Source: a candidate division CPR3 bacterium GWF2_35_18
GTDB lineage: Bacteria; Patescibacteriota; CPR3; GWF2-35-18
Direction of reading: 5' to 3'
NCBI GenBank assembly: GCA_001771135.1
Contig: MESW01000002.1
Span: 69,315 to 133,314 of the forward strand
Length of the DNA: 64,000 bases
This document shows positions 43,507 through 54,112 of this stretch, in pieces. Each line of letters starts with the position of its first letter. Position 1 is the first letter of the stretch. Under the pieces are notes generated by a model. It searched no databases. It was not told the origin of the DNA and saw only the letters and a program-made list of their open reading frames with translations. A program made the translations under genes and the position numbers.

Positions 43507-44088
43507 ATGAATATTATTGTTATTGATAACGGTACTAATAATTTACAGAAGCTGTTGTTTTTATTGAAAAACCATAATACTGAGATTATCAACGTTAAAA
43601 AAATCAACTTGAAGAATACGAGTAAAGCTGATTTAATTATCCTTTCTGGTAGTAGTAAAAATGCAGTAGTTAAAAATAAGTCTTTATATAATAAAGAGAT
43701 AGAATTAATAAAAAAATCTAAGGTTCCAATGATCGGTATTTGTTTAGGTTTTGAGTTAATTTCTTTTGTTTATCACACTGAATTGAAACTTAGAGAAGAA
43801 AGAGAAAAAGGGTTTGTAGATATTGAAATAGTTAATAATGAGGCGATTTTTAAGGATTTACCGAATTTAAAAGTTTTTGAATCTCACCGTTGGTATATAG
43901 ATAGATTGTCTCCGGATTTAGTTATGTTGGCAAAATCTGAGTCTGGAATTGAAATTATTAAACATACAAATAGGATGATCTATGGATTTCAATTTCACCC
44001 TGAGTTATATATCACAAAAACTTGTGGACACAAGATTTTTTTTAATCTCCTTCATTACATTGAAAAATCAAAATTAATAGTTGAGTAA
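43507..44088 (+). CDS. Class-I glutamine amidotransferase-like protein
   Basis: GATase1 catalytic MIGICLGFELI (Cys) and FQFHPE (His). Confidence 0.7.
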   Translation: MNIIVIDNGTNNLQKLLFLLKNHNTEIINVKKINLKNTSKADLIILSGSSKNAVVKNKSLYNKEIELIKKSKVPMIGICLGFELISFVYHTELKLREEREKGFVDIEIVNNEAIFKDLPNLKVFESHRWYIDRLSPDLVMLAKSESGIEIIKHTNRMIYGFQFHPELYITKTCGHKIFFNLLHYIEKSKLIVE

Positions 44089-44280
44089 TTTAGTATAAAC
44101 TGGATTACTAATATTCCTATTTTCAAATTGAAATAATTCAGTTATATCCAAATAAACCAGATTTTAAACTTTAATATATGATTATTTGGATTATACTCAG
44201 TAATGTTATTGCAAATTATAGTAAGATGAGTATATAATTGCGGTGTTCGAAATTCATCAGAAAGGATGTGAAAAGAAAAA

Positions 44281-45384
44281 GTGAATAAAAAAGATACTGT
44301 TGCGGCTTCCGAAGCTAGGTCAATGGATGATCTGAAAGATAATCCTCTATTTAATCCCAAACCAATCAAAAGAAATAAAATAGTCGAAGGAATTGTGTTA
44401 TCGATTAATGATAACGAGATTTTGGTTGATTTAGGTACTAAAGCAGAAGGAGTTATCTTAGGTAAGGAACTCCGAGCTGAAAAAGATTTTCTTTCTCAAC
44501 TCAAAAAAGGTGATTCTATTTTAGCTTCTGTAGCTCAAGTCGAAAATGATCATGGTCAAGTCGTTCTTTCATTACGTCGTGCGGGAATTGAACGCCGATG
44601 GAGGAAATTGGAACAGGCCTTTGAAGAAAAAACTCCAGTTAAAGTAAAAGTCATTGATTTCAATCGTGGCGGACTTCTTGTTGACGGAGGTATTCGAGGA
44701 TTTATTCCTATCTCTCAGTTATCTCAAAATATATTTCCAAGTACTGGAAGTAAAGAAGAGGTTGAAGATTCCTTGGAAAAACTCAAGGGAAAAGAGATTG
44801 AAGCATATGTTCTAGAGGCGAATAGAAAAGCTAATAAACTTATTCTTTCAGCTCGTCCACTTGATCAGATCAGTTTTTCTCACGACCAAAAGGCTGAAGT
44901 TTTATCTAAAGTAAAGAGTGATGATGTTATTCCAGGAACAGTCACCAGAATTGTTCCTTTTGGTATCTTAGTAGATATCGGAGGCATTGACGGTCTTGTT
45001 CATATTTCTGAAGTCTCTTGGGATAGGCTTAAAAAACCGGAAGATCTTTACTCTGTAGGTGAAAAAGTCAAAGTTTTGGTTCTTGAGAAAAATGAAGATG
45101 AAGGGAAAATTTTATTATCTTTAAAGCGGTTGCAAGATGATCCATGGACTAAACTAGAAGGTAAATACTCTGAAGGACAGGAAGTCGAAGGGGAAGTTAC
45201 AAAGTTAACTACCTTTGGCGCTTTTGTCCGGGTTGGAGAAGGAATTGATGGTCTTGTTCATAGCTCTAGACTATTGGATCTTAATCTCGAACTTAAAGTT
45301 GGAGATAAAGGTTTATTCAAAATTACTACTTTGAATGTAGCTTTAAAGAGAATGGGTTTAGAACCTATCGTTGATAAAAGTTAG
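44281..45384 (+). CDS. rpsA: Ribosomal protein S1-like (4 S1 domains), GTG start
   Basis: Four repeated S1 OB-fold units (G..V.G.V..I..FG.FV....G..GL.HISE). Confidence 0.8.
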   Translation: MNKKDTVAASEARSMDDLKDNPLFNPKPIKRNKIVEGIVLSINDNEILVDLGTKAEGVILGKELRAEKDFLSQLKKGDSILASVAQVENDHGQVVLSLRRAGIERRWRKLEQAFEEKTPVKVKVIDFNRGGLLVDGGIRGFIPISQLSQNIFPSTGSKEEVEDSLEKLKGKEIEAYVLEANRKANKLILSARPLDQISFSHDQKAEVLSKVKSDDVIPGTVTRIVPFGILVDIGGIDGLVHISEVSWDRLKKPEDLYSVGEKVKVLVLEKNEDEGKILLSLKRLQDDPWTKLEGKYSEGQEVEGEVTKLTTFGAFVRVGEGIDGLVHSSRLLDLNLELKVGDKGLFKITTLNVALKRMGLEPIVDKS

Positions 45385-45551
45385 ATTTCTTGATTACTTA
45401 TAATCAAGAAATTATGGAGGGGTGGCGCATTAAGCGCCACCCCTCCTTTTTCTATTTCATAGATCTATAATTTACATGATTTTTAGGTTTCACAATGGTA
45501 TACTTGAGATTACTTTCGTTCTATTCAAAATTTCAGTTTAAGGATTTCTTT

Positions 45552-46892
45552 ATGGGAAAACAATCAACCGTTTTTATTTGTCAAAATTGTGGAAGTCAGT
45601 ATACATCTTGGATGGGACGTTGCTCAAATTGTAACCAGTGGAATACTTTGATTGAAGAGATTAAAGAGGAAAAGGAAAGTGTCGGTGGAGAGAAGAAGGG
45701 AAAGATGCAACTTCTTTCTCTATCCTCAATTTCCAGTGAGAAAATCACCAGAATTGCTACCGGATTTTCTGAATTTGATCTTATCTTAGGAGGAGGAATT
45801 GTAAAAGGGAGTTTAATTTTACTTTCTGGGGAACCTGGCGTTGGGAAGTCGACTCTATTATTACAGCTGGTTCAAAATTTACTAAATAATCAAGAGAAGT
45901 TTCAAATTCTCTATATTTCTGGAGAAGAATCTCCAGAGCAAATTAAAATTCGTGCCGAAAGATTGGAAAATTCCGACAAAAATCTAACCACTGATAAGTC
46001 TCTATTAGTAGCCTCAGAAACAATAATTGAGAAAATAATTACCTCAATTGAGGAAGAAAAGCCGTCTTTACTCATAATTGATTCCATTCAAACTGTTTTT
46101 AGCGAAAAATTGAACAGTTATCCTGGAAGTGTTAGTCAGGTTCGTTTCTGTGCCAACGAAATTATGAGGGCAATAAAGAGATTAAAAATTCCCACCTTTA
46201 TCGTGGGTCAGGTGACAAAAGAAGGAATTGTGGCTGGTCCTAAAGTTTTGGAACATCTTGTTGATGTTGTCCTTCAAATCGAAGGTGGGGAAGCTCAAGA
46301 CTTTCGCCTTCTGCGATCTTTGAAAAACCGATTTGGAAATACTGATGAAATCGGAATTTTCCAGATGGGGGAAAGAGGATTAACCGAAGTCAAAAATCCG
46401 TCAGCGGTATTTTTGGACGAACATGAGAGTAATATTCCAGGATCAGTGAAAACTGTATTTTTAGAAGGGAAAAGATGTTTACTTGCAGAGATTCAAGCCC
46501 TTATTGTTCCTAACTATTTCCCTCCACTGCGACGTACTGCTACCGGAATTGATTATAATCGTTTATTACTTCTTGTCGCTGTTCTTGAGAGAAGATTAGG
46601 CTTGAAATTACAGAATAAAGATATTTATATCAAAGTTTCCGGAGGATTGAAGCTTCAAGATCCAGCTATAGATTTGGCTGTTTGTGGAGCGATTATTTCT
46701 GCCTATCAGAATAAGGTTCTTAGCAATAATATTGTTATGGTTGGAGAGATTGGTTTACTTGGTGAAGTTCGAGGGGTCTCACAGCTAAATAAACGGATAA
46801 AAGAAGCAAACAAACAGGGATTTAAGAACGTTTATAGTTCTCAGAGCTACAAAAATCTTCTGGATATTCAAAAAGTTCTAAATCGTGATTAA
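45552..46892 (+). CDS. radA: DNA repair protein RadA/Sms
   Basis: Zinc finger CQNCG..CSNCNQWNT, Walker A GEPGVGKSTLLLQ, KNRFG motif, Lon-like C-terminal domain. Start trimmed to MGKQST. Confidence 0.9.
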   Translation: MGKQSTVFICQNCGSQYTSWMGRCSNCNQWNTLIEEIKEEKESVGGEKKGKMQLLSLSSISSEKITRIATGFSEFDLILGGGIVKGSLILLSGEPGVGKSTLLLQLVQNLLNNQEKFQILYISGEESPEQIKIRAERLENSDKNLTTDKSLLVASETIIEKIITSIEEEKPSLLIIDSIQTVFSEKLNSYPGSVSQVRFCANEIMRAIKRLKIPTFIVGQVTKEGIVAGPKVLEHLVDVVLQIEGGEAQDFRLLRSLKNRFGNTDEIGIFQMGERGLTEVKNPSAVFLDEHESNIPGSVKTVFLEGKRCLLAEIQALIVPNYFPPLRRTATGIDYNRLLLLVAVLERRLGLKLQNKDIYIKVSGGLKLQDPAIDLAVCGAIISAYQNKVLSNNIVMVGEIGLLGEVRGVSQLNKRIKEANKQGFKNVYSSQSYKNLLDIQKVLNRD

Positions 46893-47049
46893 AATTAATT
46901 AATTTCTAACTTATTTTAAGTTAGGAATAATATTACTATTAATTTTTTGGTTTTATTTACAGATATCACATTCTGAAATAGAATAATAAAATTCATTTGT
47001 AATATCTGATAGAAATATACCTTAATATAAAAATAAATTTTGTGTCTAT

Positions 47050-48207
47050 ATGATAACAAAAGCAATTACAACTGATTTTCCAAAGGAAAGTTTGAAACTA
47101 CTTTTTCTAGAAGCAGATCAAGTCCTAGTTATTCAGCCTCCTCGTTTAGGATTATCGATTATGACTGAAAATTTCACCATGGCCGTTAAAAAAGCAATTT
47201 CAAGCTTTTCAACGCCAAAAATTCCAAAACTAATCTTATGTACGGCTTTTACAGAGCTTTTTAGGAACGATCCAAATTTTGATTTAGTAATTACACATGA
47301 GAAATATCGAGAATTTTTGAGAGAACAGAAACTCAGTAAAAAAAACCTGTTTGTTGTTGACCTGACTAATGATGATCACAACAAGTTTTTGTTTGAATAT
47401 GATCGAATGATGAAATGGCCAATTAAACAACGTCCGTATTATTCTCAAGTTAATTTCCATTGGCAGAATCTGCCGACAGGAAAAGGAGAAGAAAACACTA
47501 TAGGTAGTCGTTACTTAATTTTACTGGAACAGATTTTTGGTAAAAATCTCTTCGTAAAACCACGTTTTCCCAAGGTGTATTTACCCAAAAATTCTGAAGA
47601 AATATACTCTAAAATTGTGTCGGAGTACAACTTAAATCCGAATAAATGTCGAGAGATAAGTATTTTATATCTAACTGATAATGAACTTAAAAAAATTCAG
47701 GAAGATTGGTTAGTTTCATTAATTGAAAAGTTAACAAAGAAGAAGCATAATTTGGAAATTAATATTATTTTACATCCGAATAATATTGATAAGGAATGGA
47801 TAAAAGGTATGAGGGAAAAGATCCTTAAGAAACAAGGATTTTCTCTTTGGCGGAAGAAAAAATTAAATTTCCTAAGTTTTAACCTTTCTGATTTAGCAGT
47901 TTTTTTAAGCAAACAACAGCTTGTTATCGGTGTAAATTCTGGAGTTTTACACTTAACAAATGCATTGGGAGTCAAAACTATCTCTTTACAGGGTCCCAAA
48001 TCAAGACATTTTATTTCTAATTATCGTTGGGATAATTCGATCTATCCAGCTGCTGATAACTGTCCTTATTTAACAAAAACGAATACTTGGAAAGGAAAAG
48101 GTTTGTTAACAACTTGTTATTATGAAGGAAAATGTAAGAAGGAAAGAAATTGTATCTCTGAAATAAGCGTTGACAAAGTGGTAGAAAAAGCTATTGAAAT
48201 TCTTTAA
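47050..48207 (+). CDS. Glycosyltransferase family 9 (heptosyltransferase-like)
   Basis: C-terminal GT9 signature VIGVNSGVLHLTNALGVKTISLQGP. Confidence 0.7.
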   Translation: MITKAITTDFPKESLKLLFLEADQVLVIQPPRLGLSIMTENFTMAVKKAISSFSTPKIPKLILCTAFTELFRNDPNFDLVITHEKYREFLREQKLSKKNLFVVDLTNDDHNKFLFEYDRMMKWPIKQRPYYSQVNFHWQNLPTGKGEENTIGSRYLILLEQIFGKNLFVKPRFPKVYLPKNSEEIYSKIVSEYNLNPNKCREISILYLTDNELKKIQEDWLVSLIEKLTKKKHNLEINIILHPNNIDKEWIKGMREKILKKQGFSLWRKKKLNFLSFNLSDLAVFLSKQQLVIGVNSGVLHLTNALGVKTISLQGPKSRHFISNYRWDNSIYPAADNCPYLTKTNTWKGKGLLTTCYYEGKCKKERNCISEISVDKVVEKAIEIL

Positions 48208-48277
48208 TTTATTGAGAGTATAAGCGTTATCTAATATCTTAAGTTTAAATAGATTTAATTCGTGGTATTATACAACT

Positions 48278-48874
48278 ATGTATGGAGTTTCTAAATCAGT
48301 CCAAAAACTAATTGAACATTTTCAAAAGCTTCCCGGAGTTGGTCCCAAAAGCGCTGCCAGACTCACTTATTATCTGATCCGAATGCCAAAAGAGGAAGTT
48401 TTTGCCTTTGCAGATGCAATTAAAGACCTTAAGGAAAAAACCAAGCTTTGTTCTATCTGTGCGAATATTTCAGAAGAAGATCCTTGTCATATCTGTTCAT
48501 CGGGAACACGAAATAAATCGATTGTTTGTGTTGTTGAAGAACCTCTACAAGTTTTAGCTCTTGAAAAAAGCGGATTTAAAGGTGTTTATCATGTTTTACA
48601 TGGAGTAATTTCTCCTCTTAATAATGTTGGACCAGAGGATTTGAAGATTCGTGAGCTGCTTAATCGTTTAAAAAAGGAAAAAATTACGGAGATTGTTTTG
48701 GCTACGAATCCGACAATGGAAGGAGAAGCAACGGCGATGTACTTAAAAAAACTGATTGGTCCACTTACTATAAGAATGACGCGAATTGCAAGTGGTCTTC
48801 CTGTGGGTGGTGATCTAGAATATGCGGATGAAGTGACTTTAAGTAGAGCTCTCGAAGGAAGAAGAGATTACTAA
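48278..48874 (+). CDS. recR: Recombination protein RecR
   Basis: HhH LPGVGPKSAARL, C4 zinc finger CSICANISEEDPCHIC, Toprim domain. Confidence 0.9.
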   Translation: MYGVSKSVQKLIEHFQKLPGVGPKSAARLTYYLIRMPKEEVFAFADAIKDLKEKTKLCSICANISEEDPCHICSSGTRNKSIVCVVEEPLQVLALEKSGFKGVYHVLHGVISPLNNVGPEDLKIRELLNRLKKEKITEIVLATNPTMEGEATAMYLKKLIGPLTIRMTRIASGLPVGGDLEYADEVTLSRALEGRRDY

Positions 48875-48953
48875 TTCTTAGGAAACAAGCTTAAAAAATG
48901 ATAAAATATATAAGATTGTTTTACATGAGAAAAGAAGTATAAAGGAGAATATT

Positions 48954-49604
48954 ATGGAATTCGGAAAATTAATTAAACAATTTGTTTCTAAATCTGGAAA
49001 GGAAATCACTTTACAGGTTGTGGAGGATAATGATTTACAGCTTTTGCTTGATTTTATCAATCGACTAATTCAGGAAGATACTTATATTTATCGTGAAACA
49101 GATAGCCCCGTAACTTTGGATGAAGAAAGATTGTGGCTTTCTAAAACTCTTGAAGATATTGCGCGTAACGATCAATTCTATTTTGTGGCTAAAGCTGATA
49201 ATAAGATTGTGGGAGTCGGGAATATTGTACGCGGTTGGATGAGAGAAAGAGAACAGGGGACTTTCCGAATGTCGATTGATAAAAATTATCGTGATCAAGG
49301 TCTTGGAGCAGAGATGACTCAGGTCGCAATTGATAGCGCCAAGAATATGGGATTGCGTATTCTGAAGGCCTGGATCTTTGCGGATGATGAAAAAGCCGTC
49401 TATCTAGCCAAAAAAATGAACTTTATCGAAGCCGGTAGATTACCACAGTCAATATATTTCAAAGAAAAATACATTGATGAAATTCTTTTCTTTCGGAAAC
49501 TAGAAGATATTTACATCCCTGAATATGGAGGGATGAAAGATAGTGAAACTGGAGATGAAAATGCTCCCGCTGAAATTGAACGCAGCGATGAAGATATTGT
49601 TTAA
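48954..49604 (+). CDS. GNAT family N-acetyltransferase with acidic C-terminal tail
   Basis: GNAT motif A region RDQGLGAEMTQVAIDSAKNMG. Confidence 0.65.
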   Translation: MEFGKLIKQFVSKSGKEITLQVVEDNDLQLLLDFINRLIQEDTYIYRETDSPVTLDEERLWLSKTLEDIARNDQFYFVAKADNKIVGVGNIVRGWMREREQGTFRMSIDKNYRDQGLGAEMTQVAIDSAKNMGLRILKAWIFADDEKAVYLAKKMNFIEAGRLPQSIYFKEKYIDEILFFRKLEDIYIPEYGGMKDSETGDENAPAEIERSDEDIV

Positions 49605-49613
49605 ATTTCTATC

Positions 49614-51089
49614 ATGTTAAAGATTTATAATACCTTAACCAAAAAATTAGAGTCATTTAAGCCAATTGAAGACAAAAAAGTCCGATTTTATCACTGTGGT
49701 CCGACAGTTTATTGGACACAGCATATTGGTAATCTTCGTGGAATGATGATGGCCGATCTTATTCGTCGTTCGTTGGAGTATTTAGGTTATGATGTGAATT
49801 TTGTGCGGAATTACACCGACGTTGGGCATTTAACCGGTGATAATCTTGGCGATGCGGATACTGGTGAAGATAAAATGGAAAAAGGAGCTCTCAGAGAAGG
49901 GTTAACACCTGATGAAATTGCGGATAAATATATTCGGATTTTTGAAAACGATACAAAAGCGCTTAATATTGAAGAGCCAAACAAAAAACCACGAGCGACT
50001 CAATATGTTAAGCAAATGCAGAAAATGATTACTACTCTGATAGAAAAGAGTTATGCTTACGTGACTCCGAAAGCCGTTTACTTCGATGTTTCCAAGTTTT
50101 CAAATTATAATGAATTAAATCATCAGAATCTGGAACTGAATCTATCTGGAGCAGGTACTGGTGATGTCTCGGATGCAAATAAAAAGCATAGCGTGGATTT
50201 CGCTCTCTGGTTTTTCAAAACCGGAGCACATCAAAACGCACTGCAGACTTGGGAATTCCTCGGTGTTACTTCTGAAGAAGTTGAAAATGGACGAGGTTTT
50301 CCAGGGTGGCATATTGAATGTAGCGCAATGAGTAAAGCACTACTTGGAGACACTATTGATATTCATATGGGTGGGATTGAACATATTCCTGTGCATCACA
50401 CCAATGAAATTGCCCAAAGTGAAGCCTCAAATGGAGTAAAATTCGTCAATTATTGGTTACATAACGAACATTTGAATGTTAACGGGAAGAAGATGTCAAA
50501 GTCTGAAGGAACAGGGTATTCGTTGCAAGAAGTAGTGAGTAAAAAAGTTGAGATTAAAAATAGGATGTTTGTAAATTTCGAACCCTTTGATTTACGTTAT
50601 TTCTTTTTAAACTCGCATTATAGATCGAAACAAAACTTTACTTGGGATGCTTTAAAAGACGCGAAAATTGCACGAGAAAATTTTGACGAAAGAGTTTGGT
50701 CTTTACCTGAAAGAAAAGGTAATATTGTCAAAAGCTATAAGGAAAAATTTATAAAAGCGATTGAAAATGATTTTAATATACCGCAAGGTTTAGCTATTGC
50801 ATGGGAGTTATTGAAATCAAAAGAAAAAGAAGAGGATAAAAGAGAGACAATCTTGGATTTCGATAAAGTTTTAGGATTAGGTTTAAAAGGAAGTCAAAAT
50901 ATAGGCCGAAAAATATTAGAACCAAAACATTTAAAAAATATTAAGATTAGAAATTTAATTAAAGAAAGAGATGAAGCACGATTAAATAAAGATTTTAGAA
51001 AGTCAGATGAACTGCGAAAGCTAATCGAAGCAGAAGGTTATATCGTGGAAGATACCAAAGAAGGAACGAAAGTTTATAAAAAAGAATGA
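49614..51089 (+). CDS. cysS: Cysteine--tRNA ligase
   Basis: YHCGPTVY, HIGN (HIGH), KMSKS, Zn-binding Cys/His. Confidence 0.9.
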   Translation: MLKIYNTLTKKLESFKPIEDKKVRFYHCGPTVYWTQHIGNLRGMMMADLIRRSLEYLGYDVNFVRNYTDVGHLTGDNLGDADTGEDKMEKGALREGLTPDEIADKYIRIFENDTKALNIEEPNKKPRATQYVKQMQKMITTLIEKSYAYVTPKAVYFDVSKFSNYNELNHQNLELNLSGAGTGDVSDANKKHSVDFALWFFKTGAHQNALQTWEFLGVTSEEVENGRGFPGWHIECSAMSKALLGDTIDIHMGGIEHIPVHHTNEIAQSEASNGVKFVNYWLHNEHLNVNGKKMSKSEGTGYSLQEVVSKKVEIKNRMFVNFEPFDLRYFFLNSHYRSKQNFTWDALKDAKIARENFDERVWSLPERKGNIVKSYKEKFIKAIENDFNIPQGLAIAWELLKSKEKEEDKRETILDFDKVLGLGLKGSQNIGRKILEPKHLKNIKIRNLIKERDEARLNKDFRKSDELRKLIEAEGYIVEDTKEGTKVYKKE

Positions 51090-52063
51090 AGCAGTTTAAA
51101 TTAGTTGCCTTGGGTGGCACATTTGACCATCTCCATAACGGACACAAAAGCCTTTTTACAAAGGCTTTTTCAGTTTCGGAAAGAGTTATCATTGGTATCA
51201 CCTCTGACGAATTTATTAGCGGTAAAGTTTTACCTAAACAGATTCAATCTTTCAATATTCGGAAAACCCAGCTTCTTGATTATCTAAAATTCCATTATTC
51301 TGAAAATCGTTTCCAAATTATTGAATTAACGGATATCTATGGTCCGACTTTGTCGGATGACAGAATAGAAGCTTTAGTCATTGGTCCAAAAACCATGGAA
51401 GGCGCTAAAAAGATTAACGAAGTTAGGTTAAAACAGGGAAAGCAAAAACTAAAAATCATCGAAGCGGAATTTATTAAAAGCGAAGATCATAAATATTTGT
51501 CTTCAACGAGGATCAGAAAAGGAGAGATTAACCGCCACGGTGATATTTATGCCCATCTTTTCAATTCGAATATTCGTGTTACCGAGAGTTTCCGTAAGTA
51601 CTTACAACAAATTCATGGGAAAATTATCACTAATTATAACGAGTTCCCCCATAGTATTAGCAAGACGCAATTTCCAATCGTTTGGGTTGGAGATTCAGCC
51701 GGAGAATTTTTTATAAAGAATAAATTATCGTTTACCTTGGGGATTTTTGATCTGAAAACAGAGCGTAAACCAAACTTCTTTTTCCAAGATCTTTTGCAAA
51801 GACAACAGATTGATAGAGTATTGAATAAATCGGGAATAATTCAGCATAGGTTATACCAAACTATACAGAACGTAATTCAGGAACAAAAACAATATTTATA
51901 CGTACAAGGAGAAGAGGATCTAGCTGTGATTCCGCTTATTTTATTACTTCCTTTGAATTCTTTTATCTTCTATGGTTTAAAAGATACTGGTTTAATCATG
52001 ATTGAAGTTACCGAAGATAAGAAGGAAGAAGTGACAAAGAGATTAAAAAGTTGCCGCATTTGA
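51086..52063 (+). CDS. Bifunctional-looking CoA biosynthesis protein: N-terminal cytidylyltransferase-fold PPAT-like domain + C-terminal DUF359-like (archaeal GTP-dependent dephospho-CoA kinase-like) domain
   Basis: N-terminus LVALGGTFDHLHNGH (HxGH nucleotidyltransferase). C-terminal half has VWVGDSAGE and YVQGEEDLAVIPLILLLPLNSFIFYGLKD, resembling the DUF359 GEED..LP core. Confidence 0.55.
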   Translation: MKQFKLVALGGTFDHLHNGHKSLFTKAFSVSERVIIGITSDEFISGKVLPKQIQSFNIRKTQLLDYLKFHYSENRFQIIELTDIYGPTLSDDRIEALVIGPKTMEGAKKINEVRLKQGKQKLKIIEAEFIKSEDHKYLSSTRIRKGEINRHGDIYAHLFNSNIRVTESFRKYLQQIHGKIITNYNEFPHSISKTQFPIVWVGDSAGEFFIKNKLSFTLGIFDLKTERKPNFFFQDLLQRQQIDRVLNKSGIIQHRLYQTIQNVIQEQKQYLYVQGEEDLAVIPLILLLPLNSFIFYGLKDTGLIMIEVTEDKKEEVTKRLKSCRI

Positions 52064-52087
52064 TTGTTATGGGTAAAATAGATAGTA

Positions 52088-53509
52088 ATGAATCACCAAA
52101 ACCTGTTGTATAAAATTCCCCCGGAAATATTGAAAGTCATAAATGATCTAAAGACAGCTTCTTTTGAAGCTTATTTAGTGGGTGGTTGTGTTCGCGATCT
52201 ACTTCTAAACAACCCTCCCAAAGATTACGATATTGCAACCAATGCCAAACCAGAAGAAATTAGTAAGGTTTTTCCTGAATCAGTCACCACTTATGCCAAA
52301 TTCGGTACAGTCTTGGTACTTACCAAAGACGAACACAAAGAAACTCATCCGGTGGAAGTAACTACTTATCGGAGTGAGATGGATTATCGAGATGGTCGTT
52401 GGCCGATGAAAGTAGAATTTACTTCAAAGCTGTCAAAAGATTTGGGAAGAAGAGATTTTACCATCAATGCTCTAGCCATGGAAATCAAAGATAACGAAAC
52501 GGATATCATAGACCTTTTTAATGGAGTAAGTGATTTACATAAAGGAGTAATTAGAGCTGTAGGAACACCACAATTGCGAATGGAAGAAGATGGATTACGT
52601 GGATTTCGAGCCTGCCGTTTAGCTTCAACTTTAGAATTCGAGGTCGAAGGGGAAACATTTAGTGCGATCAGTAAGGCAAAATCTGTTTCTGCTCAAGTTT
52701 CGGTGGAGAGGATTCGGGATGAATTTATACGACTTCTGATGGAATCACATAAACCTTCAATTGGAATTGAACTGTTACGAAGAACCGGTCTTTTAGAACT
52801 CTTTCTTCCCGAATTACTTGAAGGAATTGGAGTGACGCAGCCGGAATATCATGTCGATGATGTTTATCACCATTTACTTGCGTGCGTTGATGTGGCTCTT
52901 GATGAGTTAAAATTAGCGGCACTTTTTCATGATATTGGTAAGCCACGCGTTAAAAATGTAGAATTTGAGCAAAAGTATTTACAGCGTCTTCTCAAAAAGG
53001 GAAAGGTAATTCCTAAACATCACTTTTTCGGACATGATGAAGAATCAGCGCGTATGACGGAGGAGATTTTAGTGAGAATGAAATTTCCAAAGGTTGAAAT
53101 TAAAAAAACTGTTTCTTTAGTACGTTGGCACATGTTTTACTATCAGGACGAATGGAGTGATGGAGCTGTGCGTCGATTTATCAAAAGAGTTGGGGGTGAA
53201 GAGAATGTAGATTTGCTTTTCAAGTTGCGGATAGCGGATGCGGATTCAAATCCAAAATCGGAGTTTACCCCTGCGGAAATTCAAAAGTTGGAAGAACGGA
53301 TTGCCGAAGTTAGAGCTAAAGAGATGATTCTATCAGTAAATGATTTAGCTATTAATGGGAAAGATTTAATGGGATTAGGAGTCCCTGAAGGACCGATAAT
53401 CGGTCAAATATTACAACACTTATTAAAAGAGGTTATTGAAGATCCGATTTTGAATGAGAGGGAAAAATTATTATCTATCTCTAAAAATCAAATTAAAAAT
53501 AAATTGTAA
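52088..53509 (+). CDS. cca: CCA-adding tRNA nucleotidyltransferase with HD domain
   Basis: LVGGCVRDLLL..DYDIAT Pol-beta head motif. HD domain LFHDIGKP. Confidence 0.85.
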   Translation: MNHQNLLYKIPPEILKVINDLKTASFEAYLVGGCVRDLLLNNPPKDYDIATNAKPEEISKVFPESVTTYAKFGTVLVLTKDEHKETHPVEVTTYRSEMDYRDGRWPMKVEFTSKLSKDLGRRDFTINALAMEIKDNETDIIDLFNGVSDLHKGVIRAVGTPQLRMEEDGLRGFRACRLASTLEFEVEGETFSAISKAKSVSAQVSVERIRDEFIRLLMESHKPSIGIELLRRTGLLELFLPELLEGIGVTQPEYHVDDVYHHLLACVDVALDELKLAALFHDIGKPRVKNVEFEQKYLQRLLKKGKVIPKHHFFGHDEESARMTEEILVRMKFPKVEIKKTVSLVRWHMFYYQDEWSDGAVRRFIKRVGGEENVDLLFKLRIADADSNPKSEFTPAEIQKLEERIAEVRAKEMILSVNDLAINGKDLMGLGVPEGPIIGQILQHLLKEVIEDPILNEREKLLSISKNQIKNKL

Positions 53510-53621
53510 TTTTGATGAATATTAATTTTCCTTTTGCTATTGTCACTGCTAATATCTTATGCTATACTTCTAACCTGTTAAAATCCAGTTTTAAAATTTT
53601 AGTTTAAGAGGAAGAATTTTG

Positions 53622-53918
53622 ATGAAAAATTATGAAGTTGCACTAATAATAAAACCTTCTCTAACAGATTCTGAAGTAAAATCATTTATATTGAATTTAG
53701 AAAAGTTTATCCAGAACGATTCTAAAGGTAAGATTCTAGAAAAAGAAGATTGGGGTCGAAGAAAATTCAGTTATCGGATAAAAAAAGAAGATATGGGATA
53801 TTACTATTTCTTGAATTTTTCTTTAGAAGCCGAGGCTTTAGCAAAGTTTGATAAGAAATTAAGATTAGATAATAATATTTTACGATATATTATTAGTAAT
53901 ATATCTACCAAAATATAG
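53622..53918 (+). CDS. rpsF: 30S ribosomal protein S6
   Basis: MKNYEVALIIKP... RBS AAGAGGAAG upstream. Followed by ssb and rpsR in the conserved arrangement. Confidence 0.85.
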   Translation: MKNYEVALIIKPSLTDSEVKSFILNLEKFIQNDSKGKILEKEDWGRRKFSYRIKKEDMGYYYFLNFSLEAEALAKFDKKLRLDNNILRYIISNISTKI

Positions 53919-54112
53919 TACAAATTTTGGTATGATCCGAATTACAAGTACTAAAATTGAAACAATTCGGATAGAATTAGACTAAATTAAAAAGGAGCAC
54001 TTTAAAGACACAGCAATTAGATTACAGTCACGGTAATAGGTCATAAATAGATTAAAAAGAACCGAAAGCCGAAAGAAAAGACTTACATTCTGTGTTTTAG
54101 TGAGCAAGAAAG

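Noticed and set aside
43410-43607. 65-aa minus-strand ORF
   Set aside because: It overlaps the 5S rRNA and its terminator.
53919-54112. Hairpin ATCCGAATT-N20-AATTCGGAT in the 190-bp rpsF-ssb spacer
   Set aside because: A single imperfect stem in AT-rich DNA with no promoter or terminator context. It is likely an incidental or minor regulatory structure and not enough to call a feature.
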